From NCBI GenBank assembly GCA_000165425.1, contig CT868363.1, forward strand, positions 248,001 through 312,000: DNA of 64,000 bases. Reading direction: 5' to 3'. Positions 38,968 to 52,801 of the stretch are shown in pieces. Position 1 is the first letter of the stretch, and every line of letters begins with the position of its first letter. This DNA comes from Paramecium tetraurelia (lineage: Eukaryota). A model generated the notes under the pieces. The model saw nothing but the letters and a program-made list of their open reading frames with translations, was not told the DNA's origin and did no database searches. The position numbers and the translations under genes were made by a program.

Positions 38968-39752
38968 ATGCTTTTTCCAGAACTTTAATCATTAGATGAC
39001 TTCGAATATATTAAAAATCTTGGATCAGGATATTCTTCAACGTAAGGCTTTTTAATCTATTATCATAGAGTTGATCTATATAAACACATTTAAACCAATA
39101 GAATAGTAGCCGTGAAGAAGTTATCAATTAAGAATTTATCTTAATCCGAATGCAGAAAGACATATGATACCGAAATTACTATCCTGACCAAATTAAAAGG
39201 TTGCTCAAATGTAGTTTAATTAATCGGGTTCGGATTCTACACAACCATTGATAATAGTACTAGAAGGACGAAAACTCTAAACAACTATTTCCTTATCTTA
39301 GACTACATTGATGCATAACCCTTGGATAAAAATAGTGAAAGAATTATTAAATAATTCTACTACAAACTTTTATAAAGTACAAAAATTCAATCTATATATT
39401 AGCTGTGTAAAAGATCCACGAATTAGAAGTAGTTCATAGAGATTTAAACCTAAACAATGTGCTGATCTAGAATAATGAGCCTATACTCATTGATTTTGCC
39501 TTTGGTGCAGTCACAAATGGCAAGTAGAAATTTGCTGAATTCTTTGGAACTAAACCTTATGTTGCTCCAGAAATTGTTGACGGATAATCCTACCTCCCCT
39601 ACCCTTCTGAAGTTTACAGTTTAGGAGTAATTTTATTGGAATTGATAAATAACAACGAAACCTAGGAAATAGCAGCTTAAATGATGCAATAAAATCCATA
39701 TAAAAGACCTAACCTGGAAGATGTGATTGCTCATCCTTGGTTTTAATTTTGA
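38968..39752 (+). CDS. Divergent minimal Ser/Thr protein kinase
   Basis: GSGYSS, VAVKK, HRDLNLNN, DFAFG, GTKPYVAPE, SEVYSLG, NPYKRP, HPWF; two introns. Confidence 0.88.
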
Positions 39753-40078
39753 TTGTAGTTATTTGTATTTCTCTAATATCAACTATCACCTTATCTAATA
39801 TATCTTCAAATAGGATAAATTAAATGCTTTCATATCTATATAAATTATATATGCCTGTCATAAACTAGCATATATGCTATTATTAATTACATCACTCCTC
39901 ATCATTAGAATAATGTGAAAAATTGAAGACCCCTCTGTCAATCGTACTTATTTAATAAAGAGGTATCATTATTTAGTACATGTAGCTTATTTTGCTAGAG
40001 ATTTATGAAGGTAATAATACAAATTTAAATAAGTAAATAATAAGTTTTATACTATATAATTTATTTATTTTATATTAA

Positions 40079-43000
40079 ATGAAATCAATATATGGAGATC
40101 CTGAATTAATTAGGTGGTTGAATAAGGAAATCAAGCTTTAACCAGCAATTCTTGATATTGAGAAATAATTTTAGAATTGGTTTTATTTTTAGGAAGTGCT
40201 TTATAAAACAGGAAATCCTCTTAAGAAAATCTTAACAAATAAATTTGATGAATATTCTACGCAAAAGAATATTAAGATAGTTAAAAAGCACATTATAAAA
40301 TTAGTAGGAATTGAACCAAAAGTTGAAAAAGGTTAATCGTAAATTGAAGAATATTTGAAAGCAATCAAATCATATGCTAAGCCAATTGCAGTTAATTCAT
40401 TACTTTCGATAGCTCGTAAAGAGACAAAGGATGTTTTGAATGAATTGACTAAAACGTTGAAAGTAGCAGATAAAAAATAAGTTCAATCCTTGGTGAATAA
40501 GTAAATTATGAAACTGTTATATCAATTTTTAGTTATGAAGAGAAGTTCATAAACTCATTGCCAAAGAAATTAAAGTCTATTGAGGAGGGTTTACACAGAT
40601 TCAGAGATGAAAAACTAATCCATGAGATTCAGGCAGTGAAATTAAAGTAGAGGGATGAAGAAAAGGAGAGATAATGGTTATCATCATTGAGAGAGAATGA
40701 ATTGGAGAAGATTAGAGCAAATCATGAATTTATCAAAGAGTAGGATAAAAAAATTTATGAATTCTGGAGGAGTACAGAAGCAGTTAAACACAATAGGATT
40801 GAAAAAGAGACGAAATTTAACGAAATGATGACTGGAAGATTGGTCGCTGAAATTAATTAAAAGAAGAAGGATGATTAAAAGGCCATGGACAACAATATAT
40901 ATCTATTTTTGTAAACTTGTATCAGATAAGGCATAGAAATTGAAAAGGATCCTTCAAAAAAGCCAGTACCTGAAAAGGCTAAATTTTCAGCAGTTGCAAC
41001 AATGATGAAAATAAGAGAAAGGACACATAAGACTGAAGAAGCTAGAAAGGCAAGACAGAAGCGAAGAAATAAAATGTTAGTTGAATAGTTAAAATAGTAA
41101 GAGTTAGTGGAAGCTAAGAAAAAATTGGATGAATTAGTGGATAGATTCTCAGAATATGGAAAAATAGCTAATTAAGAGGCTGCCATAAGATTGAAAGAGA
41201 AATTGAGAGGGAAATTATAATTTAATGAAAGAACATTGATGTGCCAAGCTTCAGAGGAATAAAGAGAAACGTTTTTTGAGTAATTAAGAAGTGAAGCTAA
41301 GGCAAGAGAATAGGAAGTTAGATTGTAAAGATAAAAGGAGTGGAGAATACTTTAAGTTTAATATATGGAGTAGAATTACAATAGGAAAGTGTAGTAGAGA
41401 TAGAAACATGTTCAATAAATGCAACCATTAATATTGACAATCTTAGATTTGGCTGATAAATGTTATTTAAAAATGAATGAGAGTGTAGAACAAAATGGAA
41501 AGCCTTTGACATTAGATAAAAAGGTTTGGAATAAATTTATTGAGGAATGGCAAAGCGAATTATCATAGATAAAACCAATTCATGATAATATAGCTGCAGC
41601 CATTACTTAGGATTTTGTTGAATATTATCATGCAGTCAAAGATTGGAAGTCTACTTAAAATGATAGCCAATTGATGGCAAATATTTCATTGGCTGAATTT
41701 CTATTCGAAATAACAGATGAATTGTATCCTATGTAACCATTAAAAGAGGGTATCAATTACTATCTACCACTTAAAATATCATTAATTGGAGGTAAATTTA
41801 GTGGTAGGAAAACTACTGCCAAATATTTAAATTAAAAATACGGATTAGAAATTATAGATATAGAATCAATAATAAAAGAATCCTTGAAACTTGCTTTTCC
41901 TCCAATAGAAGATCCAAAGAAAAAAAAGGATACAAAAAAAGTAGTTGAAGTTCCTATTGTGGAAAATCCAGAATTGAAGGAATATGGATTGTAAATTAAT
42001 GAATATAAAGATTCAGTGATCCCAGATGAATTATTATTAAAGGGAATTTTAATTAAATTGAATCAGACCTTTGGTTAGAGAACCCCATTATAAGTTGCAC
42101 AAGAAATGAAGGAAGCAAAAGAAATTCAACTAAAGAAAGATTAACAGCCAGTTGTTGAAGAAGTTAAAAAAACCTCAAAGAAACCTGGCAAAAAGGATGC
42201 CCCTCAGAATACCGGACCCACTTAAGAAGATTTAATTAAAGAATATATGAATTCCAAACAATTTTATTATACCAAAGGGTGGGTTATGATTGGATTTCCA
42301 GAAAATGCCAATTAGGCTAAAATGCTTGAAGAATAATTAACAGGTTATATTCCATATGAAGAAAGGCTAAATTAAATAGCAGAAGAAAAGAAAAAGAAGT
42401 TTCAAGAATTGTTAGATATACCTACATAAGAAGAATCCAATAAAATTTAATAATCAGGAATAGATATAATCATTAATCTGGATACTCCATATGAGTAAAG
42501 AGTTTAAAGGATGTAAAATAGAAGAATAGATCCACTTACAGAGACAGTCTACAATTTAGAAGAAAATCCACCTCCCCCAGAAATCAAGCCAGATAAACTA
42601 TTAAAAATAGATACTGAAACTGAAGAGTAAATTTACATTTAATATTAGAAAGTTATAAAAAGATTTTCAATAATTTAATGAAAATTTGCCTAAATTAATT
42701 GATTGGTGCGAATAATTTGGATTTGAAGAAGATTTTAAGTAATTACATAATACAAAAATTGCAGGTAAAGGATTCGAAGTTGCAAAGTCAATCGATAGTT
42801 TAATTAACAAAGTGCTCACTCATAATTTTGAGTACTTAAATCAAATAGCTGAAGAAGTCTTGGCTTCAGAATTATAATAAGAATAATAATCTTAATAAAT
42901 CTAAAGTTAAGAGAATCAAGATTTGGAAAAGGTAGAAGAATAGAATCCAGAATAATAGGCATAAATATTATAAGATAAGCAGAGCCTCCTTGATGCTAAA

Positions 43001-44537
43001 TAATCCACTGAGAGAGGTAGATCTCAATTAGCATCAAGATAAAAGGATGCTTAAAGTGAATTTTTAAGTTAAGATTAACTCAAGGGGATTTTAAAATAAT
43101 GGGATGAAATTTCTAATACCTACATCAGAGAAAGTACGATATACATAAGGAGAATGAGTCATTAAAGGAAAAAATGCTAACAAATATTCTTATAAACTCA
43201 AAAAAGCTTTATTGAATTCTTCGAGAGTCCTGATAACAAATTAAAATTAATGCATGAATTTTAATTAAACTATAACAAATTCTTATAGGAGAATGATGAT
43301 TTATCCAAATAAAAAAATGCCAAACAATAATTAAAGGATCATTTACAAAAAACCTATGAATAGTTGTGGGATATTTTAAATTAAAAGAAAAATTAAGCAT
43401 TAGATTTTGTAAAGAAGTTGAAGAAGGATAGGTTTGTAGCTATTTAAATTTAATAATTTATGTAGCATGTCCTTATGCTTCTATAAACTGAAACAAATTT
43501 ATTAACTGAAATTCAATTGCTTGGAAGACCTTGGAGCGAGCATTTTATTCTTGAACCCCCATAATCGTAATTAATTGATGGATACAAATTTCCCTAACTG
43601 GAAGTACTTATTTCCTATTACTTTGATTGCCTTGATAAAATTACTTAAGGAGAAGAATCATTAATTATTAAAATCCAAAAAGAAATTGCATATAAAAGGG
43701 GTCAGATCATTAGAAGCGTGGCTCACAGTAAAATGACAGAAATGTTATTGATGGAGGACATTTTATATTCGAGAATTGACGACTGGATTATTTGTGGAAT
43801 TAAAAAGTAAATATTAGTAATCTAGCCTTAGCGAAAATGACTTTTGTTTTGAATCAATTAATTATCTTAAACAACAAATTGAAAATAGATAACCCGCCAT
43901 ATTGACAATACCTGAGCCTAGTCCGATTTCTGAGTTCTTCAAAATGGTTTATATGTAGTAACACTTAATTCCTGAATCTGAGAAATGGAGATAGGCAATC
44001 CAATTCTATGAGGAAGTTAAATCTCTTAGTGATTCAGCCTGGATTCCTTTGGAGATATACGAATCTTTCTAAAGAAGAAGATCTAACTTCCTATCTTAAT
44101 TCAAAATAAATATAAATAAGATTGCCAATTTGGGTTGTTATCAGAATGTTAGATTTAGCTATCAAACTTTACTTATTACTATAATATTATATGAGTGCAG
44201 AGTGCCAACTTAAGAGGAAATTTAATAATTAGTCGATGATATTTAAACAGTGGAACCAGATGATTAGAGAGATTATTGGATAGAAGTATTCCATATTATT
44301 ATTAACTTTTAGTATTAATTTTGGTTTGACGATAATTTTGTAGATTAGGAATTCAACTTAAAAATCTATGTTAAAAACTTTCTCTTCAATGTATTATAAT
44401 CCCAAGACTTAGTAAAAACTAATTTATATATTTAGGCTGTTTCTGTAAAAGAGAATTTTGGATATTTTAAATAATTTGAAAATTAATTATTTTCATCCAT
44501 CTTTGATGAAGAAGATATAAAATCTAAGTAAAAATGA
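40079..44537 (+). CDS. SPEF2: SPEF2/CPC1-like central-pair ciliary protein (CH domain + adenylate-kinase-like domain)
   Basis: LIGWLNKEI..DIEKQFQN (CH-like); ISLIGGKFSGRKTTAKYL; KGWVMIGFPENANQAKMLEEQLTG; lid RRIDPLTETVYNLEENPPP. Confidence 0.75.
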
Positions 44538-44589
44538 ATATTAAATAATTGAATTTCTTCATAATAAAAATACAAAAATTTTAGGTGAA

Positions 44590-45703
44590 TCATTAAGCTT
44601 ATCTTAAAATATAATCTTTTATTTTGTTATACCATTTATGGAATGGAACACCTTCCGCCAAAAATTAATCGTAAAGCATGTCCACATTAACAACATAATA
44701 TTTTGTCTGATTTAGGTTCAATTTGACTGATTGGCTTATCTAAGAAATATTCATCTAAAATACCAAAGAATAATAGTCTTTGTAAGGGTTTCTGCTGCCA
44801 AATAATAACGGCTCGTATCCAGTGCTCAAATCTTTTGATAACCTCCTAACAGATTTTTAGCAGACAGAATCTTCATCGTCACTGTTGGATATGGATTGTT
44901 GAGTTTAAGCAATTGTGGCTAACTTAACCCAATTTATGCTTTAATTTTTAGAATGACAATGAGTATATTTCAAAAGATGACCCGCTTCTTTAAGACTACT
45001 TCCACATAGAATGGTTTAAGAGCAATTTTCTGTTTATACATTTTCTTTTTAATTAGATTGTTGATTTAATTCTATGCTAGAGCAGCTTCCTTACTATTTT
45101 ACCATCACACTTCCACACGAAGATCTACTATTTATGTTTCCCTTAAGGATTAATTAGGTTTGTAGTTTAGATTCTTCTTGAACAGCGGCAGGTTCAATAT
45201 TGGACTATTTTTGTTATATTAATAGCTTTTTTAGTTCCTTTATCTCCATTTACTGGTCTTCATTTTATTTTTTTACATTTTCTAATTAAAATTATTGAAT
45301 TCTCAACGATTGCATCATTTCATTAGTGCTTGATTTCATATTATAAAGTTATTCATCCTTCTCCTTTTCAATGAAGTATTCTTATTTTATCAATCTATCC
45401 TCTATTATTGAGAATTCCTCCACATCTTATTTATGGTGGACTTTGAGTGCCTCAATTTCCTGTAATGATTCTTTGTAGAGTGCTTATAAGTTTAAAAACT
45501 CCTAATTTAGAGTCTAATATTTTTATTTTTCCTCTTCAAAAGTTTATTGTCCTTATTCAATAAGAAAGTCTTGGAATATTATAATAACTCATACAAACAA
45601 TTGAGATAAGTTGATGAACTATTTCTTCCATTTAAGAAAGATCTTAGCAATTTCCAATATTAGTTTGACAATCCTAAATGAATTCAATTATCTTCTTTTC
45701 CAT
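44590..45703 (-). CDS. Hypothetical coiled-coil protein with C-terminal VPFHKW motif
   Basis: Spliced frame ends RNPYKDYYSLISQSVKLN..MLYDQFLAEGVPFHKWYNKIKDYILRQAQ*. Confidence 0.7.
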
Positions 45704-46078
45704 AGGGTTGAAATTTAGGTAAGTAATTATTTAAAATATTAAAAACCATTTATATCAGTCAATTTATATAAATCAAAGTTATTGGTTACCCCCAAACCTG
45801 TTGACATTGCAATTTAAAAGTAATGTTTAATTCACCCTATTCTAATAATGCAATCAATAAAATTAAGTAAGGTTTTAATTTTTAAAGAGGGAAATTAGCA
45901 TTTTAATTTAGTGCAATATGTGATAAGTTGTTACATAATTAAAATTGATTTCATAATTTTTTATATTTAATACAATTATGACATTATTAAATATTTATGA
46001 GAATTGATTTATCAAATAATATACTCAACTAAGAAGTTCTCTTATATTAATTAATTTATTGATAAATTATTGATATTA

Positions 46079-47837
46079 ATGCAAAAGAATAAGATCTTCT
46101 TAGAAGGAATAAAATAGTTTGATTTGTTCGCACAACCATTATAATTATTAGTTGATAAAAAGGTATATCACTAAACCTTATATGGGTCATTTCTAACACT
46201 CTTATTGTTGGCATTATTCTCAAATCTATTTTATCAAAAATTAGTTACATTATTTGACAAAAGCAATCCCTCCTCATTAAGTTCAGAAATTTATCATTCT
46301 TAACCTGAGTTGTACACTTTAACTCCTTTTAACTTCACAATGACCATGGCCTTTCAGAATTCAACATACAACACATACATAGATGAATCAGTTTATGTTG
46401 TTAATGCTTATTTAGTAAAGAAGATTGTTAAAGAATCAAATGGATAAAAAATAGATGTTTTTGAGAAGCAAGAACTACCTCTCGTAGAATGTAATTAGAA
46501 TTTGATTCAATAAGAAGAACTAAAAGAATATTTTTCTCATATTGATTTACCAAATAATTATTGTATTGATTGGAATTAAATTCCTAATATTTAAATTCAA
46601 GGTACCTTTGATGCTCCAAAATTTGAATTCATAGCAATGTAAATTAACACTTGTACTGAATAAACCCAAAAAAGCAAACCTTGTAAAAGCTAGAAGGAGA
46701 TAGAGGAGAAATTAAAGCAGAATTATTTTTCATTTTAAATCTCATCTTACACTACAAATTTAAAAAATCCTAATTCTCCCTATTAACCAAAAGGGTAAGA
46801 TCTCTTCACAACAATCTCAAACAATATATACAAGGAGATTTCAATATACTTAGAACCTTTGACTACGATTACAGATGTTGGTTTAATTTAAACTGATTTG
46901 GAATATGAAAAAACTTTGAGATATGGTAGACATACAGAAATGTTAGATTTGAATCAAAGTGATTTGATTATGAGTGTAATAATTAGACTAGACACAACTG
47001 AATATATAGACTATAGGACATATCCAAAGATCTAAGAAATTTTAGCAGAATTAGGAGGTTTGTGGTAGGTATTGTTTTGTCTCTTTTACATTATTTCAAA
47101 ACCTATTAATAAAATTAGTCTTCTACTTGAGCTTATAAATTCGCTGTATGAATATTAGGACGTTTAACAATAAGAGGAGGATTCTTCTTTAAACAAAAAT
47201 GAAAAGCCAGGTTCTCCTTTGTAGAGATAAATAGAATAAGTTTAAATATATAATGAATAAATTGTAACTAATAAGACATTATCGATAAAGGATAATATTT
47301 GTAAAAACTAAGATTTAAAGGATAAATCATTCAAAACAATCCTTTAAACATACGTTTTATATATACAAAAAACTTTATTTCGAAAAAATAAAAAATATAA
47401 ATTTGGATATTTAAATGCATTTTAAGCATTGAGGTGTATTGTCACTAAAGTAATACTTATAGTAATTTTAGGATGATGAAAATATAATTAAATTCAGGGA
47501 GGCTCATTAAGAAATAAGCAGTCAACTAAATGTATTTAATATATTAAAGAGATTATAAGATGTTGAAAAATTGAAGCATATCCTTTTTAATGATAATTAA
47601 CTTATCCTTTTCGAAAAATCCAAAAATATCCTTTAAAAAGCTTAATCATTTGATGTAAAATAAAATAGTGATCAATAAATAAAATAATAAGGAATGACCT
47701 AAGATGCTATCTTGCATATATTATCAGATCAAAATAATGAAATTAATTAGAAACTCGTAGCTTCTATCGATGTTACTGTTAGCAATTTATTAAGAAAATG
47801 CAAGCAAGAAAACTTAGAGAAATCAGAAAAAAATTGA
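46079..47837 (+). CDS. Ciliate-family two-TM protein with large Cys-containing extracellular loop
   Basis: FDLFAQP..QTLYGSFLTLLL (TM1); YCID..IQGTF..CKSQKEI; RTYPKIQEILAELGGLWQVLF (TM2). Confidence 0.8.
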
Positions 47838-47997
47838 ATTCTATATATTAATCCAACTTATTTAATTCTTATAATATCTTTTATTTCTCTGAATCTAATT
47901 TATTCTTAAAACTAATAACAATTATGTATGATTTAAATTTGGTAATTTAATCCAATTTTTTGAGAATGAGAGAAAATAGAATTAAAATACAGAATAA

Positions 47998-49637
47998 TCA
48001 TTTATATATAAACATTAATTTTTATTATGACCAATAATGTTCCCTTTTAGAAGCATTGAGTATTTGCATACGAAGATGAATCTAATCTATTATTCAAATT
48101 TATACAGTCTTTGCTTTTTTGTATAGATCTCTGACTTTTGGATCTAATAAGTCTAAATACTTGTCATAATTATTTTTAGAATTTCCCCATGGGGAGGCTT
48201 TGAATTATAATAAGATGCAAACACACTAATTGCATTTGCCTCTAATAGCATAAAATAAGGGTGTTCTACCTTACTATAATTAAATAGAAATATTACAATG
48301 TCTTTACTATTAACTTCAGCATAATTTTACAAAATTAAGATTGCCATATCTGGATAATCTCTAATAACTGCATGATGAAGCATGGATAACTTAAAATTAT
48401 CATAATCATAAACTAAATATCTATTTGATGTAATAAATGATTTGACAACTTCTATATCATTAGCTTTTACTTTTTAAAAGCATTGCTTAGAATTAACGCT
48501 TTAATAAGGTTTTGTTTAAAAAACCTATTAACTGATAATATCTTCGTATTTTAATTTATGTTCAATCATCCAATGTAAAAATAAAGTTATTTACAATAAT
48601 ACTCTTTAGATTTTATTTTTTCTTTTTTAAATAATTAAATTTTATTCGTTTTCGTTTTACTAAATAACTTTTGGTTCATGTTCAACAACCTATTTATTGA
48701 ACTGATTAATTTCATAATGATGGGTATTGGAGAAAGGATTTTGAAAAATTGACTTTTTTTTCAATTCTTAAATAGTATCATATTCCTAAGCAGAGCATTC
48801 ATTGTTAACTTCAATTAAATCTTAAATTTCGGTTTTATATTGATTATGCAAAACATCATTTTTTATACCTCTTTTGACGGATGAATATAAATTTATGTGT
48901 TGAATGTTTTGAATTTGCAATTATTCCAATATGGAATTTTATGTATACTACTACTCTTATTAAGTTTAACAATGTCTTCTTAATTCATTATTTTTCTCAA
49001 TAAATTCTATTTAACTTATATTTATATAGTACATTCTAAATTCATGTTTTTAGTAAATTCTTTTTTCTTAACTCCATTGATAGTTGAGCTAATACTGATT
49101 AGTTCTTTCTAAATAAATATGATTACATCTACTGGTATTTTTATTCTTAATTAAACTAGGTTTAGCTGGTGTTTTAACAACAAAATACTTGTTACAATTA
49201 TTTTATTAATTCTTATCCTAAACTTAACTTAATTGATCAACAATTTGTTAATCAAAATTTTTGGAAGATTATACTTTTGTTGAGTTTAAGAATTCTAAAA
49301 AATTTTATTATTAATCTATCTATTTATTTTATTTAATAAACCATTTCACTCTTTAGACATCTGTTTTTTTTTCCAAATTAGGAAACTTGTTAATGTCATA
49401 TCTTGAGTCTCGTTTTGTTACAGTCATAAAAGCCAAGTCTAGAAATGTGTCTTATTTATATTGAGGGTGGTTTATTGCTTTTGAAATTACTTTAGGTGTA
49501 TTTAATAATCTAGAGTCGGTTTTACTATTTTTAATATAATCATAAGTGTCTGCAAGGGAGGATATTTTATTAAATCTGAGAATCTAATTTGATATATGGA
49601 TTTACCGTTTTAATGATGAACTCTACTGTCCTTTCAT
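47998..49637 (-). CDS. Ankyrin-repeat protein
   Basis: SMLHHAVIRDYPDMAILILQNYAEVNSKDIQGRTPLFYAIRGKCNQCVCILLQFKASPW; low-complexity N-terminus; 5' model less certain. Confidence 0.75.
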
Positions 49638-50005
49638 AATTTCCTTTATTTATGCTTATTTTGCGATAAAATTATAATTATAATTATAATTTTTGAGAAA
49701 AAATACCTTCAAATTATAATTAAAAGGTTTATTTAATAACTATCTTCTATATTGTTATATATCTATATGTATATCATTTACATTATCCAAAGTAGATAAT
49801 AATAATAATAATTGTTTTTTAACTATACTAAGTATATATATTAACTAAACCTTTATATTCCCTATTGATTTTATATGAATTGGATATTAAAATTGATAAT
49901 TCTATATTCTTAAAAATTGAGTTGATTGATTGATTGCTTATGATTGTATATATAGTTTGAGATTATAATGTGATAATTAAATATAATTTTTATTTTAAAT
50001 TAATT

Positions 50006-50501
50006 ATGGATTAAGGATTAGACGCTGCATAATTGTTGGCTGAATTAAAGAAGCAAGATGAAGTAAATTAGTTACAATAACTAAATAGTGGGCTAAAGCT
50101 ATCATTTTTGATGAAGATCTAAATGTGATAACTCATAAAAATTGCGCAGCCTCAAAGGAAGAGTTAGCGCCATACTTGAAGGCATATGATGTAAGAGACA
50201 ACACAATAGGAGCAGGATTTGTGTTGTTGGGAGAACATTATGAAGTTCATAGATGGCATCCCCCTCTGATTTATGGAAGAAGAGGTGATGCCGATGTAGG
50301 AGAAGGGATTTCATTGGCTAGAGTAATATGGCAAGGATTATTATTGTTTAGGGGATTTGTAAAAAGCATAATGGTAAGAGGGTGTACTTGTTGATAACCT
50401 ATGAATTGCCAATAGTTAGTGCAAGGGCTGTTCCACAATAAATTAATTTTTATAATCAATTCATTGGAGAACTAGAAAAATTTGAAATTAAGTAATAGTG
50501 A
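50006..50501 (+). CDS. Profilin-like fold protein (divergent)
   Basis: WAKAIIFD..GFVLLGEHYEVHRWHPPLIYGRRGDADVGEGISL..YLLITYELP; two introns. Confidence 0.65.
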
Positions 50502-50601
50502 GATATGAATAATAAAAAAACATTAACATATATATATATATATTTGAAATCTTATTGGTCGATATACTATATGTATTTTACTATACTAATGATAATCATA
50601 A

Positions 50602-51274
50602 TCATTTTTTGGCTACTTTCTTTGCTCCTCTCTTTTGATAGAATGTATCATCTCTTCTGAATTCAAATTCCAAATCTCTGGTTGTGAGTACTTTGTAGAC
50701 ATTTTTAATTGCATCAAGTCTGTGCTCTAATTCCTTTTAATCGCTTTCATCGAGGAATCTTAAGATTTTATTGAGAAGTAATTTACATTCTATAAAACTT
50801 GGTGCCATCGACTCTGACTCTTGTTCTTCTTCCAAGAATGACTGATGGACTAATCAAATCTTCAAGTAAGCCGTCATAGACAGATGTGAGTGTTCTTGAG
50901 TTTGGTCTGGTTTAAGATCTGTGACTCTTTACCCATTTGCTTTCAATTGTTCTTTTGGCAGCTACCAAGATTGTAGCTTTGACTCTCTTTTCCAATTCAG
51001 GTAATAATTTTGAGCTACGATTAAATCAACACCTTACCTAATCCTATTATAAATGCTCAAACATGGATATGGGATCAATACCAAATAGACCTACTTCTAT
51101 GCATTAATTTTAGCAGTGTAGTCAACAACTGATGACACTTTGAGATTTTTAACTTCGGTGATTGTTGTTTCAATTTATGTCAAAGCTGCTCCTACTTATT
51201 ATTCCAAGCTTGATAACTTGAGATTAGATATGATTTGTTACTTCCTTCTTTTTCCAAAATTTGTTAGCTGCCAT
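50602..51274 (-). CDS. RPS7: 40S ribosomal protein eS7
   Basis: LPELEKR..AKRTI..QTRPNSRTLTSVYDGLLEDL..ILGRRTRVRVDGT. Confidence 0.96.
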
Positions 51275-51327
51275 TTCCTTTCAATAAAATTTGATTTATA
51301 ATTTAAATCTTTTTTATTTATAATCAG

Positions 51328-51851
51328 ATGTAATTACCCTAAGCAATTTACCAAATGCGTGAATCAACATCCTTAATCCTAGAACCCACGAATAATTCTG
51401 GAGCTTTACTTTTAGGAAACATAACTTCATTGACGAAGTATAAACAAAACTAAGTTAAAGTAGAAATCATTTAAATTAAGGCTGCAATTAGTATTTGTGA
51501 ATATTCAAAATTTGAAGATATCCAATTGGATAATCATCTAATCATCAATATTGATGATAGTGAGGATGAAAACATAATGTAATACTTTGAATAAACAAAT
51601 AAATTTATCGAAGACAACTTAAAAGTAAAAATTTGTTGATACAAATATAGAAAGGCAATGTATTAGTACATTGCATGGCTGGAATCTCAAGAAGTGCTTC
51701 TATAGTAATTGCATATATTATGTGGAGTTAGAAAAAGAGTTACAAGGATTCTTATAAATATGTTGATGAGATGAGGGAAATTATATATCCAAATGAAGGC
51801 TTTCGAAATTAACTTAAAGCATATGAACTGTAATTAAAAAAAGGATAATGA
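51328..51851 (+). CDS. Dual-specificity protein phosphatase
   Basis: GALLLGN, IDDSEDENI, GNVLVHCMAGISRSASIVIAYIM, IYPNEGF. Confidence 0.93.
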
Positions 51852-51878
51852 GTATAAAAATATTATTAATAATAATTA

Positions 51879-52755
51879 ATGTTTTAACTTGTATTCTAAA
51901 TAATTGAGTTTTTGCTGTCTGTTGGATTGTGTCTATTTATAAAAGTGGGAAGAGAAGAAACTAAAATGAGTGGGAGAGTTCTTAAATTTGCATATCGAGT
52001 GGAAAAGAACCTATTATATAATTATGAATTTGGAAAATATACAAAAGTAGGTAATGAGTTTACAATAGGTTTTCAGGTTTTGCTTGATTCCATTTTTGTT
52101 ATCAACTTTATTTCGCAAAGTGACAAAGCTCAAATCCTCTTTTAATTTTTATCAGATTATGTTATTTGTGGTTGATCTGTTATCATTGACTGATTGCATA
52201 AACACCACCGAATCTTATTAAAGATATTGTCTCGTTTATGCTATTAGAATAATTAGAACTTCCATCATGTTAATTGATTTAGTTAGAGATGTTGCAAAAT
52301 TGGTTATGGGACATTTTGACTAAAGATTATAGTCCAAGTAAATTGAAATATAGCAACAACTTCAATAAAATCAATAGGAATAAGCAAAGTAATAAGAGAG
52401 TTTGAGTGATGAATCAGATCAAGATGAATAATAAAAATTAATCAATACAAAAAAATAGCAACAATAATAAACTATGATAAAACGACTAATATTTCCGTAA
52501 ATGAAAATTCCTTGCATTGCATTAAACTTAATTATCAATCAACAACAATATTATATCTAAATAATTGACCCTTGGAGTTTTGATAATTCATTCTCAACAA
52601 TCTCAATCAGAGAACAATTATTGATAATGATCAAACTCAATTTTTGTTGTTAAGTGTATTAGACCTTAAAGAAAACCAAATGTAATTAATAAGCACTCTA
52701 TCAATACAGAAAATTAATAGCTGAATATCTATCTTAAATTATTTGGATGAATTGA
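51879..52755 (+). CDS. Hypothetical membrane protein
   Basis: Open frame with one 22-nt intron; hydrophobic segments, then a Q-rich region. Confidence 0.6.
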
Positions 52756-52801
52756 TTATTAAATTTGTAAATATTTATTAAATTATATATATATATAAAA
52801 A

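Noticed and set aside
45789..45798. CCCCAAACC telomere-like sequence
   Set aside because: Single unit, not a tandem C4A2/C3A3 tract
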